Below are positions 18,382-27,886 of a DNA stretch of 64,000 nucleotides, piece by piece (within the stretch, counting starts at the first letter, position 1; each line of letters begins with the position of its first letter). The translations under genes and the position numbers were made by a program. The DNA lies in the NCBI GenBank assembly GCA_034521595.1, contig JAXHMG010000003.1, positions 2,176,001 through 2,240,000 of the forward strand, read 5' to 3'. Source of the stretch: Gemmatimonadota bacterium. GTDB lineage: Bacteria; Gemmatimonadota; Gemmatimonadetes; Longimicrobiales; Gaopeijiaceae. The notes beneath the pieces were generated by a model. That model had not been told where the DNA came from. It ran no database searches and was given only the letters and a program-made list of their open reading frames with translations.

Positions 18382-20907
18382 ATGAGCATCCGCCGCCGGT
18401 TCCCGAGTCCCGTTTCCTTTTCGTACCGCGATGTCGTGGCCGCGACGCTCGCCGCCTTGGCCGCCCTCGCCTGGACGTTGCCGGGCGCCGCCCAGCAGGA
18501 GGTCGTGGGCGAGCAGGGCTACCTCACACCGCCCTCCGCGATCGCTGAAGCGCTTGCCGCTCCGTGGCAGCAGAACGCGGAGCTCGAGACACCCAGCCCG
18601 GATGGCCGCCGCTTCGTGGTCGAGACCCGTGAGCGGCGCATGCCGCCTCTCGCCCTGCTGGCCAGACGCCATCATCACATCGGCGGTCTCCAGGTCGATC
18701 CCGCGGCGGACCGGGAGCGAGACCTGACCGTCGAATCGCCGGACGGCATCCGCATCGTCGACGTGGAGACCGGCGAGCGGGTCGACATGCAGATCCCCGA
18801 CGACGCCCGCGTGAGCGATCCTGCGTGGTCGCCCGATGGCAGCCGGCTCGCTTTCTTCGTGCACACGGACGATGCGACGCGGGTGTACGTGGCGGATCCC
18901 ACGACCGGCGAGTCCCGCCGGCTCACGGATCGACGCGTGCTGGCCACGCTCACGACCGACTTCGACTGGACCGCCGACGGAAGCGCGATCGTCACGGTGC
19001 TCGTGCCGGACGGACGCGGCTCCGAGCCGGAGGCGCCCCTGGTCCCGACGACGCCCCGAGTCGACGTCACCTCCGACGAGGAAAACAAGCTGCGCACCTA
19101 TCCCGACCTGCTCGAGACCCCGCACGAGCGGGCGCTCCTCGAGCACTACGGCACGGGCCAGCCCGCACGGGTGGACGTGCAGAGCGGTGAGGTGGACGAG
19201 ATCGGCGATCCCGACCTCGTCGAGATGGTGGACGTGTCGCCGGACGGACAGTGGATCCGGATCCGGACGCTCCAACGACCCTTCTCGAAGATCGTCCCGG
19301 TCAACGACCACGGCTCGCTCGAGGTTATTCGGGACATGAACGGGCAGATGGTCGCCGAAGTCGTGCGCGAGCCGGTCGACGACGGGTCGGACGACGACGA
19401 GGAGACCGAGTCGCGACGCGAGGTCGCGTGGCGGCCGGACGGTGCCGGGCTCGGCTTCCTCCGGAGTGCCGAGACGGAGGACACGGAGAACGGGGAGAGC
19501 ACGGACCGCGTCTTCCAGTGGACGCCCCCCTTCGACGAGGGGAGCGAGCGAATCCTCTACGAGAGCGAGCACGACCTCGAGGACCTGAGCTACGCTCCCG
19601 ACGGAAGTCTCCTGTTCGTGTGGGAAGCGGACGGGGAGGAGGGCGTGGACCGGCTTCTCGCGGTCTCGGCCGACGGCACCACCAGCGTGGTCGCCAGTCA
19701 CGACCCGGACGAGGTACGGGACGACCCCGGCGACCTGGTGATGCGCCCCGGGGGCTCGGGCGCGCCCGTCGCGCGTGTGTCCGGCGACGGGGAGGTCTAC
19801 CTCGAGGGCACCGTCTACGGAGACGACCCGCTCACGCAGGCGCCCCGCCCGTTCCTCGACCGGGTCGACATAGAGAGCGGCGAGGCGACCCGGCTCTTCG
19901 AGAGCAGCCCGCAGGCGTACGAGGAGGTCGCGGCGGTGCTCGACGACGAGGCCGAGCGCATCGTCATCACGCGCGAGTCGCCGAACGACGTGCCGGATTG
20001 GTTCGTCCGCGCCCCGGACGGGAGCGGTGAGCGTGCGCTCACCTCCAACGTCGATCACAACCCCGAGATCACCGGCGCCCGGCGGGAGACGATCATGGTC
20101 GAGCGGGCCGACGGCCTGCGCTTCAAGGTCGAGATCACGCTGCCCGTGGGGCACACCGAGGGGGACCGTGTCCCGGCGATCTTCTGGCACTACCCCTCCG
20201 AATTCGAGGACGAGGACGCATACCGCCAGGATCTGATCGAGGACTACAACAGCAACGAGTTCCCCGGCATCCGCCCGCGGTCCATGGAGCACCTCGTCCT
20301 GGCCGGGTACGCGGTCGTGGAGCCGGACGTGCCGATCGTGGGCGCCCCCGAGGAGTGGAACGACTACTACCCGGCGCACCTCAGGAACTCGCTGTCGGCG
20401 GCGATCGACGCCCTCGACGAGCGCGGTTGGATCGACCGGAGCCGGCTCGCGATCGGAGGCCACAGCTACGGCGGGTTCGGCACCATCAACGCGATGATCC
20501 AGACGCCGTTCTTCAAGGCCGGGATCGCCGGGTCGGCGAACTCGAACCGTAGCCTCACGCCCGCGGGCTTCCAGAGGGAGGACCGCACGCTGTGGCAGGC
20601 ACGAGAGACCTACATGCGCATGTCGCCGCTCTTCTTCATGAACGAGCTGAACGGCGCGCTCCTGTTGTACCACGGCCTCGATGACCAGAACGTGGGCACC
20701 TTCCCCGATCACTCGATGCGATCCTTCCACGCCTTGAACGCCCTCGGCAAGACCGGAGCGCTGTACATGTATCCGTACGAGGCGCACGGCCCCGCCGCCG
20801 AGGAGACGATCCACGACCTGTGGGCCCGTTGGTCGGCGTGGCTGGACCGCTACGTGAAGGAGGCCGACGGTCCCGTGGCCACCGTCGAGGAGCCGGAGGG
20901 GGGCTAG
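18382..20907 (+). CDS. S9 family (prolyl oligopeptidase-like) secreted peptidase
   Basis: Signal peptide; propeller repeats WSPDG; GHSYGG nucleophile; HGLDD and YPYEAHG. Confidence 0.92.
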   Translation: MSIRRRFPSPVSFSYRDVVAATLAALAALAWTLPGAAQQEVVGEQGYLTPPSAIAEALAAPWQQNAELETPSPDGRRFVVETRERRMPPLALLARRHHHIGGLQVDPAADRERDLTVESPDGIRIVDVETGERVDMQIPDDARVSDPAWSPDGSRLAFFVHTDDATRVYVADPTTGESRRLTDRRVLATLTTDFDWTADGSAIVTVLVPDGRGSEPEAPLVPTTPRVDVTSDEENKLRTYPDLLETPHERALLEHYGTGQPARVDVQSGEVDEIGDPDLVEMVDVSPDGQWIRIRTLQRPFSKIVPVNDHGSLEVIRDMNGQMVAEVVREPVDDGSDDDEETESRREVAWRPDGAGLGFLRSAETEDTENGESTDRVFQWTPPFDEGSERILYESEHDLEDLSYAPDGSLLFVWEADGEEGVDRLLAVSADGTTSVVASHDPDEVRDDPGDLVMRPGGSGAPVARVSGDGEVYLEGTVYGDDPLTQAPRPFLDRVDIESGEATRLFESSPQAYEEVAAVLDDEAERIVITRESPNDVPDWFVRAPDGSGERALTSNVDHNPEITGARRETIMVERADGLRFKVEITLPVGHTEGDRVPAIFWHYPSEFEDEDAYRQDLIEDYNSNEFPGIRPRSMEHLVLAGYAVVEPDVPIVGAPEEWNDYYPAHLRNSLSAAIDALDERGWIDRSRLAIGGHSYGGFGTINAMIQTPFFKAGIAGSANSNRSLTPAGFQREDRTLWQARETYMRMSPLFFMNELNGALLLYHGLDDQNVGTFPDHSMRSFHALNALGKTGALYMYPYEAHGPAAEETIHDLWARWSAWLDRYVKEADGPVATVEEPEGG

Positions 20908-21100
20908 CCAGGGGCCACCGCCCTTCCTTCCGTGCCGGTGGCCGCGCTGCTACCGTGTTTCCCGCTGGTGCTGAACCCGCACGCGTGGAGCCACCCTTGA
21001 GGCGCGAGATCGACGACAGGCACACCCGGGGCGCCTGCCCCTTTTGCGGTGAGAGCGACCCGCCGGGCTCGAGCTACGTGTCGCCGCGAAGGGACGAGCC

Positions 21101-21595
21101 ATGAGGTGGCAGGAGATCGTGGAGCGGCTGGGTCTCGAGCCCCACCCCTACGAGGGCGGATACTACCGGGAGATGTATCGCGCCCCGGCTCGGTTCCGGC
21201 CCGGAGACCCGTTCGAGGGTGATCGGCCGGTGAGCACGGCCATCTACTTCCTCCTCACCCCGGACACCTACTCGGCCATGCACCGCCTGCCGGGCGACGA
21301 GATCTACCACCACTATCTCGGAGATCCGGTGGAGATGCTCCTGCTCCGGCCCGACGGATCCAGCGAGGTCGTCCACTTGGCGTCGGACCTCGAAGCCGGG
21401 ACGCCCCAGCAGATGGTGCCCGGAGGAGTCTGGCAGGGCTCGCGCCTGGTGGAGGGTGGCTCGTTCGCGCTCCTCGGGACGACCATGGCGCCGGGGTTCG
21501 AGTTCGCCGACTTCGAGGCGGGCGCGCCCGCCCTGGTGGAAGCGTTCCCGGAGCGGGAGCAAATGATCGTAGAGCTGCTCCCATCCACCGAGTAG
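21101..21595 (+). CDS. Cupin DUF985 (Cupin_5) family protein
   Basis: LGLEPHPYEGGYYRE, STAIYFLL, DEIYHHYLG, MAPGFEFADF. Confidence 0.92.
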   Translation: MRWQEIVERLGLEPHPYEGGYYREMYRAPARFRPGDPFEGDRPVSTAIYFLLTPDTYSAMHRLPGDEIYHHYLGDPVEMLLLRPDGSSEVVHLASDLEAGTPQQMVPGGVWQGSRLVEGGSFALLGTTMAPGFEFADFEAGAPALVEAFPEREQMIVELLPSTE

Positions 21596-21796
21596 CGAGG
21601 CCGTGGATCCGGCCGAGGCCTTGAGGGCGGAATGAGGACCATCTTGACGGGCAGGCTCATGCTTCCCCATGCTCCGGGCATGATGGCCCCACACTGCGCA
21701 CCGGCTCGATTTACGTCACACCTCCGCGAATCTTCGCCGGGGTGTGGCGCCGTCTGCAGATGATCTAGCGGTGTCCATCAGACGCCTCCCGGAAGC

Positions 21797-21833
21797 AGGG
21801 CGGCCCGGCGTTGCGCCGGGCCGCCCTTTTTTT
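21797..21833 (+). terminator. Strong intrinsic terminator 25 nt upstream of pheA (probable attenuator)
   Basis: 14-bp stem AGGGCGGCCCGGCG/CGCCGGGCCGCCCT, TTG loop, run of 7 T. Confidence 0.8.
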
Positions 21834-21858
21834 CGTACCCCATCCGGAACCCCCGACC

Positions 21859-22704
21859 ATGAGCACCCAACCCATTACCACGGTGGCCATCCAAGGTGAG
21901 CGTGGTGCCTTCAGCCATGCGGCCGCGATCCAGATCGTCGGACCGTCCGTACGGATCGTGGCATGCCGTACCTTCGAAGACGTGTTTCGGGCGGTTGCAT
22001 CGGGCGATGCCGACGTGGGCATCGTGCCGGTCGAGAACACACTGGCTGGCGCCGTACAACGGCCCATGGATCTACTCGCGAGCCGCGACGTGCTCGCGGT
22101 GGCCGAGACGCGGGTGCCCATCCGCCTCTGCCTGGCCACCCCTCCGGAGACACGGCTGGAAGACATCGAAACCGTGGCCTCTCATCCCGTGGCGCTCGAG
22201 CAGTGCCTCCGGTTCTTCGACGCCCACCCGGCCATACAGCCCCATGCCGTGTACGACACCGCCGGAAGCATCCGGGATCTCATGGCGGGGGGAGCGGATT
22301 ATCAGGCCGCCATCGGTTCAGAGCTGGCCGCCGAGCTCTATGGTGCCCGGATCCTACAGCGCGCCCTCGAGGATGACCCGGCCAACTACACGCGATTCCT
22401 GGCGGTCACGCAGGACGGTGAAGTGATGGACCCGGACCGCCCCAAGACGTCCCTGGCCTTCACGGTACCCCACGTCCCGGGGTCCCTCCATCGCGCCCTC
22501 GGGTGTTTCGCGGAGGAAGCCGTGGATCTGGCCCGCTTGGAATCCCGTCCCATCCCCGGGCATCCCTGGGAGTACCGCTTCTTCGCCGACCTCCGCGGAT
22601 CGAACGGAGCCGCGCACGACCGCGCGATCGCGGCACTCGAGGCGGTGTCCGGGAACGTGAGGATCATCGGACGATACGAGGAGGTCCCGGAAGGGGATTC
22701 CTGA
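21859..22704 (+). CDS. pheA: Prephenate dehydratase (PDT + ACT)
   Basis: QGERGAFSH, VPVENTLAG, SHPVALEQC, NYTRF, LARLESRP. Confidence 0.95.
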   Translation: MSTQPITTVAIQGERGAFSHAAAIQIVGPSVRIVACRTFEDVFRAVASGDADVGIVPVENTLAGAVQRPMDLLASRDVLAVAETRVPIRLCLATPPETRLEDIETVASHPVALEQCLRFFDAHPAIQPHAVYDTAGSIRDLMAGGADYQAAIGSELAAELYGARILQRALEDDPANYTRFLAVTQDGEVMDPDRPKTSLAFTVPHVPGSLHRALGCFAEEAVDLARLESRPIPGHPWEYRFFADLRGSNGAAHDRAIAALEAVSGNVRIIGRYEEVPEGDS

Positions 22705-22866
22705 ACCCCGCGGAAGCCGGAATCGGGCAAGGCGCGCCTCCAGGACCTCGACCACCCGCGTCCGTGCATGTAGCCGTCCGAATCTCCGGATTGCGCCCCC
22801 GGAGCGGCCTCGCCACTCTCGAAGCGGACGGACGCGGAAATCACCCGGCATCGCGGAGCAAGCACC

Positions 22867-23928
22867 ATGAGAGGCCCCCTATCCACGGTCGTTCCACTCC
22901 TATCCGCGCTCCTGGTGTCCGCCGCGGAAGCGCAGGAACGGAGCCCCTTCCAGGTCGGCGAGATCCAAACCGCCCCGGGCCAGCGGAGCTCCGGATTTCT
23001 GGAAATCCCCGAAGGCGTGGATGAGGGCACGCGGGTGCCCGTCACCGTCGTCCACGGTCGGGAGCCCGGCCCGGTCCTGGGGCTCATCGCGGGGACGCAC
23101 GGCTACGAGTATCCGCCCATCCTGGCGCTCCAGAACCTGCGTGACGCGGTGGATCCCCGAAGCCTTTCGGGCACGCTGATCCTGGTGCACGTAGCGAACA
23201 TGCCCTCCTTCCTGGGGCGCACGATCTACCGCAGCCCCATCGACGGGAAGAATCTCAACCGAGTCTTCCCCGGCAACCCGGAGGGCACCGTGAGCGAGCG
23301 CATCGCCGACGTTCTCACCCGGGAGGTCATCGAGCCCGCCGACGTCGTCCTGGACATGCATGCCGGGGACGGGAACGAGGACCTCCGGCCCTTCATTTAC
23401 ATGCCGGTCACGGGAGAAGGAGCCCTCGACCGGGAGGTGCGGGAGCTGGCTCGGGCCTTCGGCATCGACCACATCGTCGTCGACGAGGCCCCCGACGTGA
23501 ACCCCGAGCAGTCTCAGTTCGTGGACCACACCGCCATCAGCCGCGGCGTCCCTGCCCTGACCACCGAGACGGGGAAGCTCGGCTCCACCGACAGGGCATG
23601 GGTGGCCATGGCCGAGGAGGGTGTGTGGAGGGTCATGGCCCACCTCGATATGGTGGACCGCGAGCCCGAGCGCACGGAGGGGGTGGTCTGGCTCGACGAC
23701 TACGAGGTCATCGCCTCGCCGGCCACCGGCCTGTTCCGCCCGGCGGTCGAGGCCGGATACGCCGTGGCCGAGGGGACCCTCCTCGGCACGCTGGTGGACC
23801 TGTTCGGCGATCCGGTCGCCGAGATCCGGGCCCCCTTCGCCGGGGTGGTCAACTACGTCGTGAGCACGCCCCCCGTCTCCGAGGGCGAGCCCTTGGCCAT
23901 GGTGAGCCGGGTCCGGGACGGGGGCTAG
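22867..23928 (+). CDS. Succinylglutamate desuccinylase/aspartoacylase (M14-like) family protein
   Basis: AGTHGYEY, NLNRVFPG, VLDMHAG; C-terminal biotinyl-like hairpin. Confidence 0.9.
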   Translation: MRGPLSTVVPLLSALLVSAAEAQERSPFQVGEIQTAPGQRSSGFLEIPEGVDEGTRVPVTVVHGREPGPVLGLIAGTHGYEYPPILALQNLRDAVDPRSLSGTLILVHVANMPSFLGRTIYRSPIDGKNLNRVFPGNPEGTVSERIADVLTREVIEPADVVLDMHAGDGNEDLRPFIYMPVTGEGALDREVRELARAFGIDHIVVDEAPDVNPEQSQFVDHTAISRGVPALTTETGKLGSTDRAWVAMAEEGVWRVMAHLDMVDREPERTEGVVWLDDYEVIASPATGLFRPAVEAGYAVAEGTLLGTLVDLFGDPVAEIRAPFAGVVNYVVSTPPVSEGEPLAMVSRVRDGG

Positions 23929-23970
23929 CTCCGCCGCGGCAGCGCCAGCCAGCGCTCCCGATAGGACGGC

Positions 23971-25461
23971 TCAGGGCCGGTTTCGTGCTGGGACTTCGCT
24001 CGGCAACCTCAGTCGTCGATCGCCGGATTCGTCCATGGCGTTCGTCGCGTTCAAGAGCTCGACCGTCCGCTCGTAGTCGCTCCACGGAAGCTCCGAGACG
24101 AGCTGTTGCGCGCGGTCGAGCATCCGAACGAACGGCTGGGCGTTGGACTGGTGCGAGAGGGCCTTGAGCGCTCTGAGATAGTCATCCCGGTAGCCGGTCG
24201 GGACGATGATCCGAGTGTGGCCAGGCGCCACCATCGCTGCGTTCATGATGGCACGCGCTACTCGCCCGTTGCCGTCGGCATAGGGGTGGACTTCGCTGAT
24301 CACGAACATGAGGTATGCGGCCCGAGCGAAACCGTCGGGGAGGCTGTCCAGGAGCCCGTGTGCCTCCCGTAAGGTCCCTCGCACCAGGTCAGGGACCACG
24401 AATTGTGTGCTTCCGGCCCGATTCGGCTTCCTCTTGAAGACGCCCGGAGTATGCTCGGGGCGTCCCGCCATGATGCGAGCGTGCGCTTCATGCAAAACGT
24501 CGATGAAGGCCTCCGGACCCGACGAAATGCGATCCATGGCCTCCCTCATGAAGCTCGGGTCGCTCACGAGCGAAAAGGTGCCGAGGATATCGTGGCCGTC
24601 GGCGGGACGCGCTTCGGGGACGGATCCGCGTAGCACGATGTCCCGGGCCTCCTCGAGCTCGAACTCCGTGCCTTCGATCCAGTTGGAGAAGTAGGCGTCG
24701 AAGAACGAGGCGTTGGAAAAGCCGTCCGTTCCGGGCGAGTACGGATCAGGGCGATCCCGGGTCGGTGCATCCAGGAGCGTTCGATGCAGCTCCTGAAAGA
24801 GCGGCAGTCGGTCGGAGTCGTACGGATGACCGGCGACGCGGGAGCGCCCCGCGTCGGAAACCGGCGCGTCGCCCCGCGTTCTCAGCAACGTGCCGATCAT
24901 GGCGTCGAGTCGTGCGAGCTCCTCTGCCGCGTCCAAGTCGTCGCGTAGGCGCCGAGCTTGATCCCGAAGGCTGTTCAAATCCGCTTCCCCACGCGCTTGC
25001 AGCCGCCGCTCGAGTCGTTCTTCGATCTCCTCCATCGGGAGGCCCTTGTCTCCGAACTTCTTGCCCGAGCGACTCGGCTTGAGGCACTCGAGGAACGCCC
25101 TGGGACGCGAAGCCAGATACAGCGTTTCCATGTACGGCTGATCACCGTCCAGCGGCCCGGGCCCCTCGTGGATCCACAGCTTGGTCCCGTGAAGATCGAG
25201 CCGCTTCTCGGTCGGCGCGACCAGATGGACGACGCCCTCGGGCGACGGCGCCAGCTCGAGCGCCGTGCGATAGCCGATCACGGTGCCCGGGGCGACGAGC
25301 CGCACGATCTCCCAGATGTGCTGCCGCACGAGCGTCGGGAGGGGCGTGACGAGATCGGTCGTGTACAGACCCCTCCGAATCCGACGCACGTCACCACGAG
25401 CAAGAGCCCGGCTGACCGCGCTCGCGTTTTCGCTCGTGCTCGTGAAGAATCGTTCGAACAT
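23971..25461 (-). CDS. Fic family protein with N-terminal wHTH/AbiEi-like region
   Basis: HPYADGNGRVAR Fic motif; SNWIEG inhibitory (S/T)xxxE(G/N) motif; N-terminal VRRIRRGLY. Confidence 0.9.
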   Translation of the reverse strand: MFERFFTSTSENASAVSRALARGDVRRIRRGLYTTDLVTPLPTLVRQHIWEIVRLVAPGTVIGYRTALELAPSPEGVVHLVAPTEKRLDLHGTKLWIHEGPGPLDGDQPYMETLYLASRPRAFLECLKPSRSGKKFGDKGLPMEEIEERLERRLQARGEADLNSLRDQARRLRDDLDAAEELARLDAMIGTLLRTRGDAPVSDAGRSRVAGHPYDSDRLPLFQELHRTLLDAPTRDRPDPYSPGTDGFSNASFFDAYFSNWIEGTEFELEEARDIVLRGSVPEARPADGHDILGTFSLVSDPSFMREAMDRISSGPEAFIDVLHEAHARIMAGRPEHTPGVFKRKPNRAGSTQFVVPDLVRGTLREAHGLLDSLPDGFARAAYLMFVISEVHPYADGNGRVARAIMNAAMVAPGHTRIIVPTGYRDDYLRALKALSHQSNAQPFVRMLDRAQQLVSELPWSDYERTVELLNATNAMDESGDRRLRLPSEVPARNRP

Positions 25462-25499
25462 TTGGGGCCCGGAGGCAGGCTAGAATGAAATCAAATAAA

Positions 25500-25534
25500 G
25501 TTTTGTGAACCGATTGTGCAATCTTTCATAAAAC
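25500..25534. promoter_or_regulatory. AT-rich imperfect palindrome upstream of the Fic gene (candidate operator)
   Basis: GTTTTGTGAA...TTCATAAAAC outer arms (1 mismatch) enclosing GATTG-TG-CAATC. Confidence 0.5.
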
Positions 25535-25668
25535 AAACACCCCATATCGACACCCGAAGTGACTTTGGCGGGTCCGGCCCTCGACCGCGACCGGAGCCAC
25601 GCATTACGATGGAGCGTCCCGCTCCGCTCGTAGCGGGCGCTCGCCTCCCTCCCCAGCAGGAGCCCCAC

Positions 25669-26163
25669 ATGCTCGTCGGCGTGCTCTCCGACATCCACGA
25701 CCAGCTCGCCAACCTCGACCGCGCGCTCGATCTCCTCGCCCGGGAGCGCGTCGAGACCATCCTCTTCTGCGGAGATTTCTGCTCGCCGATCCCGGCGCGC
25801 GTGCTCGGGACGTGGGACGGCGTCGTGCACGCCGTGTTCGGCAACGGAGACGGCGACCGGTACAGGATCCTCGACGCCGCCCACAGCGGCGAGGCCCCCG
25901 CGCTCCGCCTGCACGCCGAGCACGCGGAGCTGGACATCGGAGAGCGCCGGGTGGCCCTCACCCACTTCCCGCTCTACGGCCAGGCGCTCGCCCGCACGGG
26001 CGACTACGACGCGGTGTTCAGCGGCCACACCCACGAAATCCACGAGGAACGCTTCGGGGACGTGCTGTGGGTGAACCCGGGTGAGATCCTGGGATGGAAG
26101 GGCGACCCGACCCTCTGTCTCTGGGACACCGCCGAGAACGTCGGTAGGATCGTCGCGGTGTGA
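25669..26163 (+). CDS. YfcE/MJ0936-type metallophosphoesterase
   Basis: SDIHD, CGD, GNGD, SGHTH, NPG motifs; AGGAG RBS. Confidence 0.92.
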   Translation: MLVGVLSDIHDQLANLDRALDLLARERVETILFCGDFCSPIPARVLGTWDGVVHAVFGNGDGDRYRILDAAHSGEAPALRLHAEHAELDIGERRVALTHFPLYGQALARTGDYDAVFSGHTHEIHEERFGDVLWVNPGEILGWKGDPTLCLWDTAENVGRIVAV

Positions 26164-26213
26164 GGGGGCCACGACTCGTTCCCGAGAATCGTAGATATAG
26201 GCGAGCGGGTTAG

Positions 26214-26594
26214 CAGCCCGTGGCAGAAGTCTGGTGGTCCGGACCCGTGCTGCGCCCGGGTGCCCCGGGAGCGCCACGGCCCGTGCTCCTATGGCGGAGT
26301 CCCGAAGGCATAGCCGTAGCGGCGCACCCGCGCGCCGAAGGCCGTGGTCCGAGGGGCTCTGACGGGGGCACCCGCGCCCGGAGGGCGTGGGTCGGGCCGA
26401 TGCCGCCATCGGGCACCGCCGCGCCAGCGGTGGTCCGAGGGCACTAGGGGACCAGACGCTATCGCGTCGGTGCCCGCGGCCGCATGCGGCGTTGGCTCCA
26501 TTCGCCGATGCTACGGCATCGCCTTCAAGAAGCCGCCTTGCCTGCGACACGCAAGACCCTCGTGCGCGGACCACCAGACTTCTGCCACGGGCTG
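26214..26594. mobile_element. MITE-like non-autonomous element, copy 1 (381 bp)
   Basis: Perfect 31-bp inverted repeat 26211-26241 / 26567-26597 (TAGCAGCCCGTGGCAGAAGTCTGGTGGTCCG); homologous copy at 49579-49850; no credible ORF. Confidence 0.85.
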
Positions 26595-26738
26595 CTAGTC
26601 CACGGGTCCCAAGGCTTCGGAGATCCGTACCACATAGGTCCGCACGTCGTCCAGCGAGGTTCCAGCGGCCCGCTCGAGCCTCGATAGCCGCTGCTCGACG
26701 GTTTCCAGTAGGCGGCGGACCGTCCCGGCCTCAACCAC
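26595..26738 (-). pseudogene. hepT: Internally deleted HepT/DUF86 (HEPN) toxin, 47 aa
   Basis: GTG start overlaps the MNT stop; MVEAGTVRRLLETVEQRLSRLERAAGTSLDDVRTYVVRISEALGPVD looks like the DUF86 N-terminal helix joined to its C-terminal helix; no RX4-6H motif. Confidence 0.65.
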
Positions 26739-27186
26739 CGAACGTGCCCTCGCGGATCCGCTCTCGTTGCCTGCGACTGAAGAGCGCCCGGGCGGGCGCC
26801 ATGTCGTAGTACCGGCGACCGGTGTCTACATAGAACGCCCGCCTCGCGGGGAGGTCCTGGGCGCACAGGGGGATGCCGTGGGCGAGGACGTTGAAGCGGA
26901 GCTCGAGCGGAGCATCGTCGAGGACGACCACCTGGACCGGGCGCCCCGTCGCGCGCTCGAGCCTGCCCTCGAGGTCCAGCGCCAGGTCCACGCGTTTGGC
27001 GGCCGAGAGACGTCCTCCCATATGGACCGCGACATCGACGTCGCTCGCTCCGCGTGTTCGGCGTTTAGCCACGGAACCGAACAAGTATGCGAAGGCCACC
27101 TCCGAGGCGCCCGAGAGGATGTCCCGGAGCGTGGCAACGAGCTCCGCGTCAGGGCCGGGGCCGGAAGGGGGGTGGGCAAGGCTCAT
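26731..27186 (-). CDS. mntA: Minimal nucleotidyltransferase, type VII TA antitoxin (MntA-like)
   Basis: AYLFGSVAKRRTRGASDVDVAV (GS-x10-DxD); VVLDDAPLELRFNVLAHG. Confidence 0.9.
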   Translation of the reverse strand: MSLAHPPSGPGPDAELVATLRDILSGASEVAFAYLFGSVAKRRTRGASDVDVAVHMGGRLSAAKRVDLALDLEGRLERATGRPVQVVVLDDAPLELRFNVLAHGIPLCAQDLPARRAFYVDTGRRYYDMAPARALFSRRQRERIREGTFGG

Positions 27187-27394
27187 GGACACAATCTACC
27201 CGGCGTGAGTGGCGGTATCCAGCCGGCGGATGGAACGGCCGCTCGGGAACTCTCGCGCCAGGTCCATAGTTTCAGCAGGTGGATCCTGCGGCCACGCCAT
27301 GTGCGCCGAAGCCACGGCTTGGCGAGCGGCCTTCGAATCATAGAGCGCACGTCGAGCTCCGCAGGGAATCGCGACTTTGTCGGGGAGCACCGTG

Positions 27395-27832
27395 ATGGGC
27401 CTTTTCTCGAGGATCAAGAGCGCTTTCGTCGGAGGCGGCGAAAAAACACCTCTATGGCAGGTCCCGACCTCGGACGGCGACATCGACCGGATCTTCGACG
27501 CCTCCCTCGAGAGACCGCAGTTGATCTACAAGCACAGCAGCGCGTGCACTCTTTCTTGGGCCTCGAGATCCAACCTGGAGGCGGAGTCGCGGGCCATTCG
27601 TGACGAGGCTGACGCGCACTACATCGATGTCCTGCGGGATCGCGCCTTGTCCGACAGGGTAGCCGAAATGGCCGAGGTGCCGCATCAGTCGCCCCAGGGA
27701 CTGCTCGTATACGGTGGCGAAGTCGTCTGGGAAGCGTCCCACCTCTCTGTCCGCGCGGAGGCCGTTCTCGATGCGCTGCGTCGGATCGGACCGGCCCCTC
27801 GAGTCGGCGACGACCACAGCTCGTCGGCGTAG
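27395..27832 (+). CDS. ytxJ: Bacillithiol system redox-active protein YtxJ-like (DUF2847)
   Basis: IYKHSSACTLS and VPHQSPQ...WEASH motifs. Confidence 0.85.
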   Translation: MGLFSRIKSAFVGGGEKTPLWQVPTSDGDIDRIFDASLERPQLIYKHSSACTLSWASRSNLEAESRAIRDEADAHYIDVLRDRALSDRVAEMAEVPHQSPQGLLVYGGEVVWEASHLSVRAEAVLDALRRIGPAPRVGDDHSSSA

Positions 27833-27886
27833 CTCGCCCCCGACACCACCGAGTCTCGAAGTCACGACCGAGCGAGGAGGAACGAG

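Noticed and set aside
17065-20814. 1249-aa minus-strand ORF and similar long antisense or off-frame ORFs (29431-31683, 55168-57213, 57858-59840)
   Set aside because: Shadow frames of real genes in high-GC DNA, with no recognisable motifs
21700-21796. T-box riboswitch upstream of pheA
   Set aside because: T-box consensus (GGTGGNACC) not found by eye; kept only as an unexplained attenuator
26210-26687. Short ORFs predicted inside the MITE copies (also 49441-49796)
   Set aside because: No transposase motifs, and no full-length ORF is shared by both copies; by-products of the repeat
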